The notes under the pieces were generated by a model, which saw only the letters and a list, made by a program, of their open reading frames with translations, made no database searches and was not told the DNA's origin. A program made the translations under genes and the position numbers. From NCBI RefSeq assembly GCF_036321535.1, contig NC_087436.1, forward strand, positions 75,456,001 through 75,520,000: a stretch of 64,000 nt of DNA. Reading direction: 5' to 3'. Below, one piece after another: positions 63,355 through 64,000 of the stretch. Every line of letters starts with the position of its first letter. Position 1 is the first letter of the stretch. This DNA comes from Camelus dromedarius. Taxonomy: Eukaryota.

Positions 63355-64000
63355 GAGGTAATTACTGAACACCTGCCACGTGTGTGGCAAATACAAGACT
63401 TTGTGCCGCCATTAACGTTGGCCAGTGGTCGTTTTGATACACAAGGCTGGGATGTACAGTTTTCATAAGGTTATTGGAGTTCTCTAAGTTTGTATCAAAG
63501 GCCTTCAGAAAGGTTCACAGAAATATTTTCTAAAATAAGGGTGAGCCAAGTTACTGATTGGTATCGGAATGTTAATTAAGACGTCTGATGCTGATAATGC
63601 TGACTTCCTTTCAATTCAGATTAGTGCTGTTTAAGATAAAGACCAGCTGGTGTTGGTTTAATAATTTATAACCAAGCAGCCGTATCTGTAGAAATCTCAA
63701 AGTCGAGTGCTGAGAAAAATCCAGCACAACCTGTTATAAATGGTGCTATGCTCTGGCTGAAAGAATTTACAGCAACCAAGTTTATCTCTGGGACAGGCTT
63801 TGAGTTTTACAAATATTAGGTATAAAGGGTGGGGAAATTCAAAGGACAGAACCTCCTCATTCTTTAGTCATTTAAGTACCGGTGCTATTATGCAGGGCTT
63901 TTCTGACTCTAGCTAACACAATAAATCAAAGCAAGTTCAGAGGTTTCTGTTAGCCCGTCTCTCTTTCTTCCTTCCTCCTCTCCCTTTTTCTCTTTCCTTG

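Noticed and set aside
1..64000. CRISPR array, operon or other prokaryotic or viral system
   Set aside because: No repeat-spacer array or gene-dense segment; everything I recognise is FRAS1 exon, intron or mammalian repeat.

Overview
Mammalian genomic DNA, probably camelid (inferred from two tRNA-derived SINEs resembling Vic-1). The window lies entirely inside FRAS1 on the + strand. I traced 13 internal coding exons (equivalent to human exons 3-15, numbering from memory), all with AG/GT boundaries and compatible phases. They join into a stop-free 1573-nt frame encoding most of VWC repeat 1, VWC repeats 2-6 and the first three furin-like Cys-rich repeats. The rest is intron filled with repeats (L1, L2, MIR, hAT and Tigger DNA elements, MaLR and ERV LTRs, SINEs, microsatellites). 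I found no prokaryotic-type system, CRISPR array or RNA gene, and nothing I can claim as a new biological system. The strongest leads are: (1) a ~1.2-kb fossil Mutator/MULE transposon with TIRs and readable FLYWCH and DDE coding remnants; (2) a 36-nt microexon whose removal restores the C-x12-W spacing of the neighbouring VWC repeats; (3) a two-template, tail-less, TSD-less L1 ORF2 insertion inside an older antisense L1; (4) several small retrotransposition scars with unusual targets. Repeat family names come from recalled consensus sequences and need a Dfam/RepeatMasker check; coordinates of old repeats are approximate.
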